64,000 nt of DNA, from the NCBI GenBank assembly GCA_964644695.1, contig CAZXWN010000003.1, positions 62,001 to 126,000 on the forward strand. Reading direction: 5' to 3'. Shown here in pieces: positions 40,501 through 48,358 of the stretch. The stretch's first letter is position 1. Each line of letters begins with the position of its first letter. The stretch is from an uncultured bacterium. GTDB taxonomy: Bacteria; UBP4; UBA4092. The notes beneath the pieces were generated by a model. The model saw only the letters and a list, made by a program, of their open reading frames with translations, had not been told where the DNA came from and ran no database searches. A program made the position numbers and the translations under genes.

Positions 40501-40584
40501 TCCGTGTATCAAGTGAAAGACTTGTATCTCCACACAGAACCTGTTGGATACAATTTTTATGATACAGCGCTGATGTTGGAATAA
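34579..40584 (+). CDS. Large secreted S8 subtilase with nidogen-like repeats, Ig-like/ASH, PKD and CBM-like domains
   Basis: Signal peptide; catalytic triad VVDSG, HGTHVAG and GTSMAAP; propeptide ending YAEPNY; two LGFxFPxYG..VYVxxNG repeats; PKD motif WHWDFGDG. Confidence 0.92.
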   Translation: MKKRFNLYRFVVLFLLSISVLIPSLGYSAVSPNSLTISMTQGDTTWSLITVYRSDSGTDSGPWSLWNYQNKPGQATASTVTTTHTAGHWLYQWDDNKSEPGVSFQWEDILTTGSQLTTLLDDEISEAQPLGFEFPFYGQNYSSVYVSANGWISFLPASGTVHENKELPSYSAPSAFIAVLWDDLEPQVGGTVWYSANTERAVITWSDVPTFASASTRFTFQAILYPSGEIKLQYSSVTGSGTLSHTIGMQDELRQDAVELVYNESYIKSGLSVILYPSVEWLSIEPGNGTLAPSSFSEVTVWIKGESLYPGVTTAWLNYQTGISGDSSQFIPVQVNVQAGASQFDYNTTACNLGEVYSGRTVESIFRLGNAGYGVITCHILGTEGSFTTIGTGLGLYPQRTWDVLTIRGWTDTLGPQTGSLILSLDTGAGYSTLTVGLSLKGVTPPSISLSSTLFNLTLRQGEIGYAQLTVYNNGATSGGLNYQILETLKSPEAAASIKSLTASKTIYPEITESSFKIIPGMDYVSDEVIVKFKSTRGKEVSISAMSGKRKVKSFPLIGADLYQLDSTVSMEQALADLAARGDVEYAEPNYIAHAARIPNDPSYSLQWGLATVGAPAAWDVITGSEDIIIAVVDSGVDYTHPDLSSRMWQNTGEIAGNGIDDDGNGYIDDVRGWNFLSRTNDPMDDYEHGTHVAGIAAAATDNLTGISGMTWKNKVMALKFLGSSGTGPISLSIEAVQYAVKNGAKIINNSYTGGGFLRSMYSTISAANEAGVLMICAAGNEYNNNDSNPSYPANYGLPNVISVGATDSTDGWAAFSNYGNTVHIAAPGKDILSTIPSNRYVTRNGTSMAAPMVSGAAALLLGLNPQMTAAEVRTLLLNSVDIRSSLYGKVSTSGRLNVQKALEQAGISWLEETPRSGTIPASGFSVVTLRFDATYLPVGDTTGHLIIESNDTVNPRLNIQVGLTVTLGDPNLSVSANPVDFGQVRLGTYAIQTLILTQSGYSELTIQSLGLPKHFSVDALAIKVLTRYESWEIPIRFDAVTSASYSETAYFETNDPDQPSLSVVLNAVAAPSPVIDLQPSFVSASTDWATESYSVLTITNTVTEPSLPLNWNSVLSLTSTEHAGAASFGGPDGYQMRWVDSLQPNGPIYQWKDISTTGTRITGISDDSLTGPYDLGFSFPYYGKMYDKVYVGSNGYLVFVSSAVAIQPDVLPSTNAPATLLAPFWGDLNPATHGSVYYQGDSTTFTVSYVDIPLFDNDSSYYNFQVILKPEGDILYQYGSLTGSLNKVTVGLQDDTKTRGLTVVSEASYLRENLAIRFWKSPGFVDVSPTVGVCSTPGSYSIVTIHWDSRPLAPGVVTTAYLLTASNDLDRPVIVTPLTLQVTPGFTADFSATPLFGMSPLQVQFTGISAVTSLPWHWDFGDGYTGSGVTVQHSYSTPTGALYTVRAFAGTSFDCVTVTRVGYIRVVPNTVKTLGTLPGIKFLKGQSRDSVFSLNDYVNEQDLPWRWRYVNGSSQVQPYIASGSPWVGFNVPSPSTFVGIETVNYYVSGVLSAGLDQEVRYLDYILKPIPRILTDDGDVVENGTLNLSDYIEPGVPGSWPLPVIIPTVSDDSGKVEASINSNQLTVTVSSTLSQPVNIRLSVGESGLQDRQVVPVYELENIYGRLTSESDLSVWHPEGVNGWNGVPVVSWDSASDSMDGTMVLDFNSENQAVKFTLDTSLWQPVTTGQTWVVRMRIKTDIPDSDYSAQLLLFNGVPPAATDVSVMARLSISTSWQWMETEFTSRQSGSLYPQMIFSGSHSTGHLYIDDVQIYQGQSELNRMAGPVRVIEPAGDFDRPEDLSGWGVEPLDTTSSLPEVTGKYGYLELGFNGGVIPQDLKLTSQYSLGQPRTVSITPGTWAGMEASVTQSSGLTDGDNGVLLVVYGTDTEHSANIIELAGTGTLFRTSFSEPITLAYRSGQGWIYPQLLIKSRLSSVYQVKDLYLHTEPVGYNFYDTALMLE

Positions 40585-40589
40585 ACGGG

Positions 40590-41210
40590 CTAATCAAAAT
40601 CTGTTGGTAGTTCAGGATGCCGGTAATGTTCAAATAACCGGAGAATTTGTTCTTGAGTGACGCGAGGTGTTGAGAGTTCCGGCAACTCGTTTTCAGGGAA
40701 GAATTCAACCCCGTCTGTTTCGTTGCTGAGTTTGGCTTCTCCCCCGGTCAAATCACAGACGAAAAATAATTTATAGACATGGTAGGGGAATGGGGGATAG
40801 TGTGCGTGCATACTCCGGTCATAAACGGCGGCCAGTTTCATACATTTTGTTTTGAATCCGGATTCTTCCCATATCTCCCGTTCAATGGATTGGGAAGGGG
40901 ATTCATTCGGGTCCGCCCAACCTCCGGGCAGGGACCAGTGGCCATCCAGAATCTCTCTGACCAGTAATATTTTATTGTCCTGAAAGACTCCGCCCCGGAC
41001 AGCGACTTTCGGTGTGGCGTATCCTTTTTCCCGATTAAAGATATCAATGACATCCTGTGTGCGGCAGTTAGTGTCACTGGTCAGGATTTCAGCAGCAATC
41101 TGCTGGATGTCTCTGTATCGGGCCTGGTCAAACTCATTCTCATTATAGAGTAATCCATTCTGAGCAATGGCTTGTAATCTTCGAACCCACTGTATCCATT
41201 TTTCATCCAT
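40590..41210 (-). CDS. NUDIX hydrolase with N-terminal helical domain (YjhB-like)
   Basis: LQAIAQNGL, GYATPKV and Nudix box PGGWADPNESPSQSIEREIWEESG. Confidence 0.92.
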   Translation of the reverse strand: MDEKWIQWVRRLQAIAQNGLLYNENEFDQARYRDIQQIAAEILTSDTNCRTQDVIDIFNREKGYATPKVAVRGGVFQDNKILLVREILDGHWSLPGGWADPNESPSQSIEREIWEESGFKTKCMKLAAVYDRSMHAHYPPFPYHVYKLFFVCDLTGGEAKLSNETDGVEFFPENELPELSTPRVTQEQILRLFEHYRHPELPTDFD

Positions 41211-41241
41211 GTTAAAAAATCCCTGGTGTTATTCTCCGAAA

Positions 41242-42270
41242 CTAAACAAATTCCCCAATGCGTAATACCAGTGTTTCGGTATCGCTCCATCCGAGACAGG
41301 GGTCAGTAATGGATTGTCCATAGACAGTTCCATCTTCTTTTTGATTTCCTTCTACGAGGAAGGATTCAATCATCAAACCTTTAACCATATTTTTGATGCT
41401 GTCCGATTGCTGGCGGCTCTTCATGACATCCAGAGCAATCCGGGACTGTTGTTTGTAACGTTTGGCGGAGTTCGCATGGTTTGTATCAATCAATACGGCA
41501 GGGTTGAGTAATTTCCGTTTTTTGTATAATTCAGCGACCCGTTCCAGTGCCTCAAAATGATAATTGGGGATGTTCTGCCCGTGTTGATTGAAAGCTCCAC
41601 GGAGGATCGCATGTGCCAGAGGATTCCCCGGCGTACTGACTTCCCACCCGTTATAGATGAAGTCCTGAGGTATTTGAGCTGCCTGAATGGAGTTCAACAT
41701 AACTTCGAAATCGCCTGATGTGGGGTTCTTCATTCCCGCCGGGACATCCATTCCACTGGCGGTCAGACGGTGTGATTGATTCTCAACGGAGCGGGCGCCC
41801 ACTGCGACATAACTCAATATGTCTTCCAGGTAAGGGAAATTGTTTGGATATAACATCTCATCCGCTGCCGGAAGACCACATTCACCGAGGGACCGGATGT
41901 GCATATGGCGGATGGCTTTTAACCCCTCCACAATATTGGGTTTTCCTGTGGGGTCGGGCTGGTGTACCATTCCTTTATATCCGGCTCCGGTGGTCCGTGG
42001 TTTATTGGTATAGATACGGGGCACCAGCAGGATTTTATCTTTCACGCGTTCTTGGAGTCTTGCCAGCCGAACATTATATTCAATGACTGCATTTTCATCA
42101 TGGGCGGAACAGGGGCCCACCACCAGAACAAATTTGGAAGACTTTCTCTCAAAGACAGCCCTGAGTTCTTTATCGCGGGTAGCTTTGTCCTTCTTCATTT
42201 GGTCCGTTAAGGGCATTTCATTTTTGATTTCTTCAGGAGTGGGGATAAGTCGTATATAATTAAACGGCAT
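41242..42270 (-). CDS. 3-deoxy-7-phosphoheptulonate (DAHP) synthase, class I, paralog 1
   Basis: GPCS, KPRTTG.GYKG, GARS, KNPTSG, HANS and SITDPCLGW. Confidence 0.95.
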   Translation of the reverse strand: MPFNYIRLIPTPEEIKNEMPLTDQMKKDKATRDKELRAVFERKSSKFVLVVGPCSAHDENAVIEYNVRLARLQERVKDKILLVPRIYTNKPRTTGAGYKGMVHQPDPTGKPNIVEGLKAIRHMHIRSLGECGLPAADEMLYPNNFPYLEDILSYVAVGARSVENQSHRLTASGMDVPAGMKNPTSGDFEVMLNSIQAAQIPQDFIYNGWEVSTPGNPLAHAILRGAFNQHGQNIPNYHFEALERVAELYKKRKLLNPAVLIDTNHANSAKRYKQQSRIALDVMKSRQQSDSIKNMVKGLMIESFLVEGNQKEDGTVYGQSITDPCLGWSDTETLVLRIGEFV

Positions 42271-42372
42271 AGTTTGATTTCTCTCTTTAATGTTGGTATT
42301 AAGGTTTATTGATTCTTTGTTTTATTATGTCTTACACAGGCACTATAATGCAAAAACTGAAGTGAATATGAA

Positions 42373-43557
42373 ATGACTCAAACTGAAAATACTAAACCAA
42401 AATCAGCGCTGTTTCGCTGGTTATCTCGATATCCATCCTGGCTGGTGAACCTGGGAATACTCGCCGCCGTCTTGTTAATGTTCTGGGGCGCAGCAGAGAG
42501 TTTCTTCCGATTCCGGTTATGGAATACTACCCGAAAAAACAAACAGGATGGCGTATTGTTTAAGTTTGACCGGGAAGTTGGATGGATCCCCTATCCCGGA
42601 TTTCATTGGGAAGGCAACAAGAAAGATGCAAAGGGAAATAAATACTGGGCCTCCGTGGAATATGACAAACAGGGTTTTCGTCGATATGGCAATCTGACAT
42701 CGGGGAGACCCAGGATTTTTATCGTTGGGGATTCCTTTACCCAGGCTCTGGATGTTTCTCTGGGTGATACGTATGATGACCGGATCGCAGATTATCTGGA
42801 TGCAGAAGTGTTTACCTATGGGGTGGGTGGATATGGGACACTTCAAGAGTCCATCATACTCAACAGATACATCAATCAAATCAAACCTGACCTGGTTATA
42901 TTGCAGATGTGCGGAAATGACCTTGTTAATAACAGTCTGGAGCTGGAACGAAAATCCACTGTGAATTTTGCCAATATGGCGAGACCCTATTTGATGCCGG
43001 ATGGAACCATCAAACTGACGGTGGCGCGTCATCTCCCAGGTTTACGGATGTGGGCTTTCAAACATTCCCGGTCCCTCTACGATTTGTTTGTGAAGTGGGA
43101 TGTGTTGATGCGGATATATGGCCCCCTCAGCATCGATCATGTGATATATAAGCGAGGGGGTAAAAATATGCCTGAATATGACCGGGCTAAAAAGACCACC
43201 CGAGAACTTTTACTCAGGATTAAGAAGTCCTGCGGAACCACACCGCTAGTGTCTTTCTGTGTTGAGGAAGATGAGCCGGCTTACAGTGTGTATCTAAACA
43301 TGAACAAAGAGCTTGGGATTGACTTTGTGCAAGAAGTTCCTTCATCTATCACGAAGATGGAAGCTTTGGGTGTATCCTGTAAGATTTCAGATAAAGCACA
43401 TTGGAATACAATGGGGCATCGGGTGGCAGGGCAACAGTTGGCGAATTACCTGCATGAGCGATACCCAAACCTGTTTCCTACGATTACGGAAAAACTCAAG
43501 CCCAGCCGATCAGTGCCTCCCAAAAAAGTCGTATTAAAAAAACCGGTGAGTGATTAA
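42373..43557 (+). CDS. Membrane-anchored SGNH/GDSL hydrolase
   Basis: N-terminal TM helix, GDSFT, GVGGYGTLQE, GNDL and DKAHWN. Confidence 0.85.
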   Translation: MTQTENTKPKSALFRWLSRYPSWLVNLGILAAVLLMFWGAAESFFRFRLWNTTRKNKQDGVLFKFDREVGWIPYPGFHWEGNKKDAKGNKYWASVEYDKQGFRRYGNLTSGRPRIFIVGDSFTQALDVSLGDTYDDRIADYLDAEVFTYGVGGYGTLQESIILNRYINQIKPDLVILQMCGNDLVNNSLELERKSTVNFANMARPYLMPDGTIKLTVARHLPGLRMWAFKHSRSLYDLFVKWDVLMRIYGPLSIDHVIYKRGGKNMPEYDRAKKTTRELLLRIKKSCGTTPLVSFCVEEDEPAYSVYLNMNKELGIDFVQEVPSSITKMEALGVSCKISDKAHWNTMGHRVAGQQLANYLHERYPNLFPTITEKLKPSRSVPPKKVVLKKPVSD

Positions 43558-43572
43558 CTCCTCACCGGTTTT
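43539..43572. terminator. Bidirectional terminator overlapping the SGNH stop codon
   Basis: AAAACCGGTGAG...CTCACCGGTTTT. Confidence 0.75.
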
Positions 43573-43593
43573 GTTGTTTCCAGTTTATGGCGA

Positions 43594-44622
43594 TTAGATA
43601 AAGTCAGCAACCCGCTTAATCAGGATTTCCGTTTCTTCCCAACCGATACATGGATCCGTAATGGATTGGCCATAGACGGTCCCGTCTTCCTTCTGATTTC
43701 CTTCTACGATGAAAGACTCAATCATCAGACCTTTGACCATGTTTCGAATGATCTCCGACATTTGTCGGCTCTTCATTACTTCGAGTGCGATACGGGATTG
43801 TTCCTTAAACTTCTTGCCGGAGTTGGCATGATTCGTATCAACCAGGATGGTTGGGTTTTGGAGTTTTCTGCCATGATACTGTTCGGCCAGATGAGCCAAA
43901 TCTTCATAATGGTAGTTGGGGATACACTGCCCGTACTGATTAAAAGCGCCCCGAAGAATGCAGTGCGCCAGAGGGTTTCCGGGAGTACGGACTTCCCATC
44001 CGTGATGGATAAAGTCCTGGGGAATCTGTGCGGCGGAGACGGAGTTCAACATAACCTCGATGTCTCCAGAGGTTGGATTTTTCATCCCGACAGGAATATC
44101 CATACCACTGGCGGTCAGCCGATGAGACTGGTTTTCAACAGAGCGGGCACCAACAGCCACATAACTGAGGACATCTTCCATATAGGGATTATTCGTTGGA
44201 TAGAGCATCTCGTCGGCCGCTGTCAGTCCTGATTCCTTGATGGAACGCAAGTGCATTCGGCGTATAGCTTTCAGGCCTTCCACAATATTCGGTTTACCGG
44301 TGGGATCGGGAGTGTGAACCATACCCTTATATCCGGCTCCGGTGGTTCTGGGTTTGTTGGTATAAATTCGTGGGACGAGAACCAGTACATCCTTCACACG
44401 TTCCTGGAGTTTTGAAAGGCGGACATTATATTCAACAACGGCGTTTTCATCATGTGCAGAGCAAGGCCCTACGACAATCAGAAATTTCTGATTTTTACGT
44501 AAAAAGACATTCTGAATTTCCCGGTCTCTTTTATCTTTGATTTTCTGTAATTCAGGAGTCAAAGGCAGCTCGGCTAAGATTTCCTCCGAAGTCGGCATTT
44601 GCCGGATATATTGAAATGGCAT
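43594..44622 (-). CDS. DAHP synthase, class I, paralog 2
   Basis: Same motifs as paralog 1; AAGGAG SD before ATG 44622 gives 342 aa, the same length as paralog 1. Confidence 0.95.
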   Translation of the reverse strand: MPFQYIRQMPTSEEILAELPLTPELQKIKDKRDREIQNVFLRKNQKFLIVVGPCSAHDENAVVEYNVRLSKLQERVKDVLVLVPRIYTNKPRTTGAGYKGMVHTPDPTGKPNIVEGLKAIRRMHLRSIKESGLTAADEMLYPTNNPYMEDVLSYVAVGARSVENQSHRLTASGMDIPVGMKNPTSGDIEVMLNSVSAAQIPQDFIHHGWEVRTPGNPLAHCILRGAFNQYGQCIPNYHYEDLAHLAEQYHGRKLQNPTILVDTNHANSGKKFKEQSRIALEVMKSRQMSEIIRNMVKGLMIESFIVEGNQKEDGTVYGQSITDPCIGWEETEILIKRVADFI

Positions 44623-44754
44623 GGTCAATCTCCTTCTGTAGCCCTCGTGGATTAGATACGACGAAACCCCACACACCCGGGGAGTTTTCGCCGACAGGTT
44701 TACCTATTCCAATAATTATACCCTGAACGAGGGCCTGAGCCGAGAAGGTACCGG

Positions 44755-45006
44755 TTAGTCCTTGTTTAAGGTGGCGTTAAATTTCGTTCCATGCCCGCCT
44801 GGGGTGCCCATTCTCGAGAACCCTTTTCCATGATGTTGACGCAGTCGGCTCCATCGTCTTGGATTCTTGGAAGACAAGGAAGGGAAAATCCTCTTTTTAC
44901 AGATAGACCAGAGAGCGTTTGGTTCTCCTGTCTCAATGATGTGATGAGGACTTGGGTCCCAGATCCATTGGGTGTGAGATAGTTTGTTGAATAAGATGTT
45001 ACCCAT
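44755..45006 (-). CDS. Small hypothetical protein (83 aa)
   Basis: Strong GGAGGTG SD just after the stop of the M50 gene; no recognisable motif. Confidence 0.45.
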   Translation of the reverse strand: MGNILFNKLSHTQWIWDPSPHHIIETGEPNALWSICKKRIFPSLSSKNPRRWSRLRQHHGKGFSRMGTPGGHGTKFNATLNKD

Positions 45007-45029
45007 GAGACACCTCCGTATTTATGATA

Positions 45030-46124
45030 TCAGGCCCGGTTTCGGGTTGTATTCATAGCGCTTTGTATCATCACAAACTCACCTACATTTTCAGTCGTCA
45101 GGATCCCGACCAGTTTCTTGTCATCGTCCAAAACGGGCAGAGTGGGATTGGGACTGGCCTGCATCTTCTGGAAGGCGGCGTCCAGCATTTCGGACAAATG
45201 GATAGTTGGAAACTCCGTTTGCATGGACTCCCGTACGGGGGATTGTCTTCCTCTTTGAGAGAGTCCATTTATCAAGTCTGTGCGAGTGAGAATCCCAATC
45301 AATTGCTGGTCTTGAATCACAGGAAAGTCTTGCTGGGAAGTCTCCAGAATCATGGCGACGGCGGACGCCAGGACATCATTAGGTGCGAGAGATTTGTAGT
45401 CCCGGTACATAATGCGGGAGACAGGGACTCCATCCAGAGAGGATTTCATTTGGACCATGTTGTTCTCCGATGTGGCTCCAATCCAGACAAAGGCGGCGAT
45501 GAAAAGCAGGAAAGGATTGGTGAATAATCCAATGAACCCCATCATGAAAGCCAGTCCCTGTCCAATATATACCGCAAACTGTGTAGCTCGAGCGTAATCC
45601 ATTCGTATGGCCAGCAAGGCTCGAAGGATTCTCCCTCCATCCATGGGGAATGCGGGTATTAGATTAAATCCAACCAGGAACAAATTTATAACCAGTAACC
45701 GTTGCAGGAAAGACCCCGTAGAGAGGGTCCATTCTGACACCGGTACCAAAGTATGGTTTACCAACAGAGTTCCCAATAACCCCATAGAAATGACGACATT
45801 AACCGCAGGTCCAGCGATAGCAATCCACAACTCTTGAACCGGATTATTGGGTATTTCTTCCAAACGGGCTACTCCACCGATGGGCAGGAGAGTGATATCT
45901 TTTGTTTTAACTCCAAATCGACGGGCGGTGAGAGCATGTCCGTATTCATGCAGGACTACACACAGGAATATAAGCAGGATAAACGAGATGCCGGAAAGCA
46001 TGAACAGGATGTCGGGTTTCTCGATCCAGTAACTGAATCCAACAAAACCCAGTAAAAGAAAAAAAGTCAGATGAACATGGACTTTGATTCCAGCAAATTC
46101 ACCAAGGCTAATGGACCACTTCAT
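45030..46124 (-). CDS. Site-2 protease (M50) with tandem CBS domains
   Basis: HEYGH, LLPIGG, AGPAVN and NLIPAFPMDGG motifs; two CBS repeats. Confidence 0.94.
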   Translation of the reverse strand: MKWSISLGEFAGIKVHVHLTFFLLLGFVGFSYWIEKPDILFMLSGISFILLIFLCVVLHEYGHALTARRFGVKTKDITLLPIGGVARLEEIPNNPVQELWIAIAGPAVNVVISMGLLGTLLVNHTLVPVSEWTLSTGSFLQRLLVINLFLVGFNLIPAFPMDGGRILRALLAIRMDYARATQFAVYIGQGLAFMMGFIGLFTNPFLLFIAAFVWIGATSENNMVQMKSSLDGVPVSRIMYRDYKSLAPNDVLASAVAMILETSQQDFPVIQDQQLIGILTRTDLINGLSQRGRQSPVRESMQTEFPTIHLSEMLDAAFQKMQASPNPTLPVLDDDKKLVGILTTENVGEFVMIQSAMNTTRNRA

Positions 46125-46322
46125 TCTCTGTTACCTCCCAGTCCCTTACTCTATTTAACACTAAACAGGGGGGAAATAGCTCCCAAACGAAACAAACTAT
46201 ATTTATTTGTTAAATAGGAAGTCCATCCATTCCACCAACGAGAGAGGTGTGTCTAATACTGAACTGATTGTCTGTTAGTTACTTACGCCGATTTTGGAAT
46301 TCAGGTAAAACAAAGCCGTAAC

Positions 46323-46351
46323 TTGATACCCTTTCTGTTCTCCAGTAAAAT
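46323..46351 (+). promoter_or_regulatory. Sigma70-type promoter
   Basis: TTGATA-17 bp-TAAAAT. Confidence 0.65.
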
Positions 46352-46379
46352 TAAGATATATCTATCATGAAAGGGGTAT

Positions 46380-46475
46380 TTGACTTATCAATTTACTACA
46401 CAACCTGGATATTGTTCTGTGCAAATAGCAGAGGCTATTTGTAGAGAACTACATAATTAGAAAATAGCCTTTGCT
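46380..46475 (+). promoter_or_regulatory. Candidate leader peptide plus attenuator hairpin
   Basis: uORF from TTG 46380 to TAG 46460 (MTYQFTTQPGYCSVQIAEAICRELHN) overlaps the stem AGCAGAGGCTATTT/AAATAGCCTTTGCT (46427-46440/46462-46475). Confidence 0.45.
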
Positions 46476-46516
46476 TAATCCTAAAACTCATTTCAACAAA
46501 CTTAGGAGAAAGCACA

Positions 46517-46786
46517 ATGAGCTATCAAAATGGAAAAGGATTATTGCCCGATAACCTGTTAACTGAAATTCAAAAATATATTGATGGTGAATATGTCTAT
46601 ATTCCCCGTAAAGAAGGTAACAGGCGCGCATGGGGAACTAATAGCGATAGTAAACAGTTCACCCTGAACAGAAATCAGGAAATAATCAAGAAGTATCTAT
46701 CAGGTGTCTCAGTCGAACGACTGGCTGACGAGTACTGTCTTTCTGTCAAAACCATTTATGGAATCGTTGCCAAAATGAAGTCTTGA
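46517..46786 (+). CDS. CD3324-family (Mor-like HTH) protein
   Basis: LP..LL.EIQKYIDGEYVYIP...RN.EI...Y..G.S...LA..Y.LS.KTI pattern; AGGAG SD. Confidence 0.82.
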   Translation: MSYQNGKGLLPDNLLTEIQKYIDGEYVYIPRKEGNRRAWGTNSDSKQFTLNRNQEIIKKYLSGVSVERLADEYCLSVKTIYGIVAKMKS

Positions 46787-46825
46787 TAAGAGGACACGAA
46801 CACCATGAAACTGGCAAAGAAATAT

Positions 46826-46863
46826 AAACGGCACTGGATATGTGGATATCCGGTGCCGTTTTT
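46826..46863. terminator. Terminator between convergent genes
   Basis: AAACGGCACTGGATA...TATCCGGTGCCGTTTTT. Confidence 0.8.
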
Positions 46864-46908
46864 GTTGTGATGCTATTTTACAGAGGTGTGGAGGCGAACC
46901 GTCAGAAA

Positions 46909-47985
46909 CTAATAACCTCTATTGTTCTTTTTCTTGAAGTAGTCGCGAGCCCTTTTTAATTCGCCCTTACTGCCGAACATGGCATTTATCTTTTCATTCT
47001 CAATTTGCCGGGGAGATAACCCCTCATACTTTGCTTCAATCTTTAGTTTTTGGTAGTTCTTAAACCGACGCTCCTCCAAAACACCCTCTTCCAGGGCTTG
47101 AATGATTGCACAGCCCGGTTCATTGGTGTGCGTACAATCAGTGAAGCGGCATTGCAACACCAACGCATCAATGTCGGCAAAGGATTTAGATAGATTGGCA
47201 GAATCAGCGCCCAGCTCACGCATTCCCGGTGTATCAATGACCAGTCCGCCCTGAGGAAGAATAAACAGTTCTCTCCGGGAGGTGGTATGTCTTCCCTTAT
47301 CATCCAGCCCGATTGCGGAAGTGGCCAGTAATTCCTGTCTGGCAAGCTTATTGATCAGGGTGGACTTTCCTACACCAGAAGAACCTATAAAGGATGCTGT
47401 CATCTCCGGTTTGAGATAGGACAGTAGCCTGTCGCAAGACACCTGGTCCAGATTAGAGGTGACAATGATATCTGTTCCCATAGCGATGGCGGTAATCTCA
47501 TTTATGACTGCCGGCAGGTCATCACACAAATCTGATTTGGTCAGTACAATAACAGGCACTGCCTGACTATTCCATGCCACAGAAAGGTAGCGTTCTAATC
47601 GGCTCAGGTTATAGTCTTTATTCAATGACATACAGATGAAAATGATATCGATATTGGCAGCGACCACCTGCATCTCATTTTCTGTCCCGACGGCAGGGCG
47701 TTCAAAGACGCTTTTCCGGGTCAATAGATGATGGATGATGGCATGTCCGGAATTAACCTCACTTCGGTCCACCATGGCAAAATCACCCACCGCAGGGTAT
47801 TCCGATAAGCACGTTGCATTGTATCGGAACTTGCCGGATATTTCCGCGAGTGTTTCACCTGTTTCAGTAACAATTTTGTACAAGTCATTATATTGTGAAA
47901 GAACTCTTGCCAGACATAAGTCTGGATAGAGTTTGGCTTCCGCCTGATAGCGTTCACTGGCGCCGTATTTCTTTAAAAGTTCCAA
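46909..47985 (-). CDS. rsgA: Ribosome small subunit-dependent GTPase A (RsgA-like, probably an accessory paralog)
   Basis: PAVGD OB fold, TKSD, GSSGVGKST, GRHTT, DTPGMRE and zinc site CRFTDCTHTNEPGC; TTG start at 47985 with AAGGA SD. Confidence 0.93.
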   Translation of the reverse strand: MELLKKYGASERYQAEAKLYPDLCLARVLSQYNDLYKIVTETGETLAEISGKFRYNATCLSEYPAVGDFAMVDRSEVNSGHAIIHHLLTRKSVFERPAVGTENEMQVVAANIDIIFICMSLNKDYNLSRLERYLSVAWNSQAVPVIVLTKSDLCDDLPAVINEITAIAMGTDIIVTSNLDQVSCDRLLSYLKPEMTASFIGSSGVGKSTLINKLARQELLATSAIGLDDKGRHTTSRRELFILPQGGLVIDTPGMRELGADSANLSKSFADIDALVLQCRFTDCTHTNEPGCAIIQALEEGVLEERRFKNYQKLKIEAKYEGLSPRQIENEKINAMFGSKGELKRARDYFKKKNNRGY

Positions 47986-47996
47986 AGTAATTTTCC

Positions 47997-48104
47997 TTAA
48001 TAATATGTTTTGGATGGAAGGGACTGTGTCAACGATTTCATGACACACGCATCATCTCTCAAAACACAAGCACCGAAATACTCAATATACTCATCATAAA
48101 ACAT
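47997..48104 (-). CDS. Candidate leader peptide of rsgA (35 aa)
   Basis: AAAGGAG SD; MFYDEYIEYFGACVLRDDACVMKSLTQSLPSKTYY*; its TAA overlaps the rsgA SD. Confidence 0.5.
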   Translation of the reverse strand: MFYDEYIEYFGACVLRDDACVMKSLTQSLPSKTYY

Positions 48105-48358
48105 TATCTCCTTTATGAAATGTAAATTATTCTCAGGTAAGAAAATGTGCGGAGATGATTTATTTGTTCGTGGGGTTGATACAGATGCTAAGTGCACAGC
48201 CAGATTGTCCGACATCCCTGGAATAATTTACTTCTATAAAGATTTTACCCGATGTCACAATGAGGATTTTCTCTATTTTGATTCAGAAAAGTATTAAAGA
48301 AAATAAACAGTGTATACTCTTTCAGCCGGGAAAAGCTTTCAATAAGATTTATCGACCA

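Noticed and set aside
44684..44710. GGTAAACC...GAAA resembling a c-di-GMP-I riboswitch
   Set aside because: The required downstream GGxCGCAAAG and P3 elements are missing.
46805..46870. Mini-ORF MKLAKKYKRHW... after the CD3324-family gene
   Set aside because: It runs straight through the terminator hairpin and is too short to support, though a gene remnant cannot be excluded.
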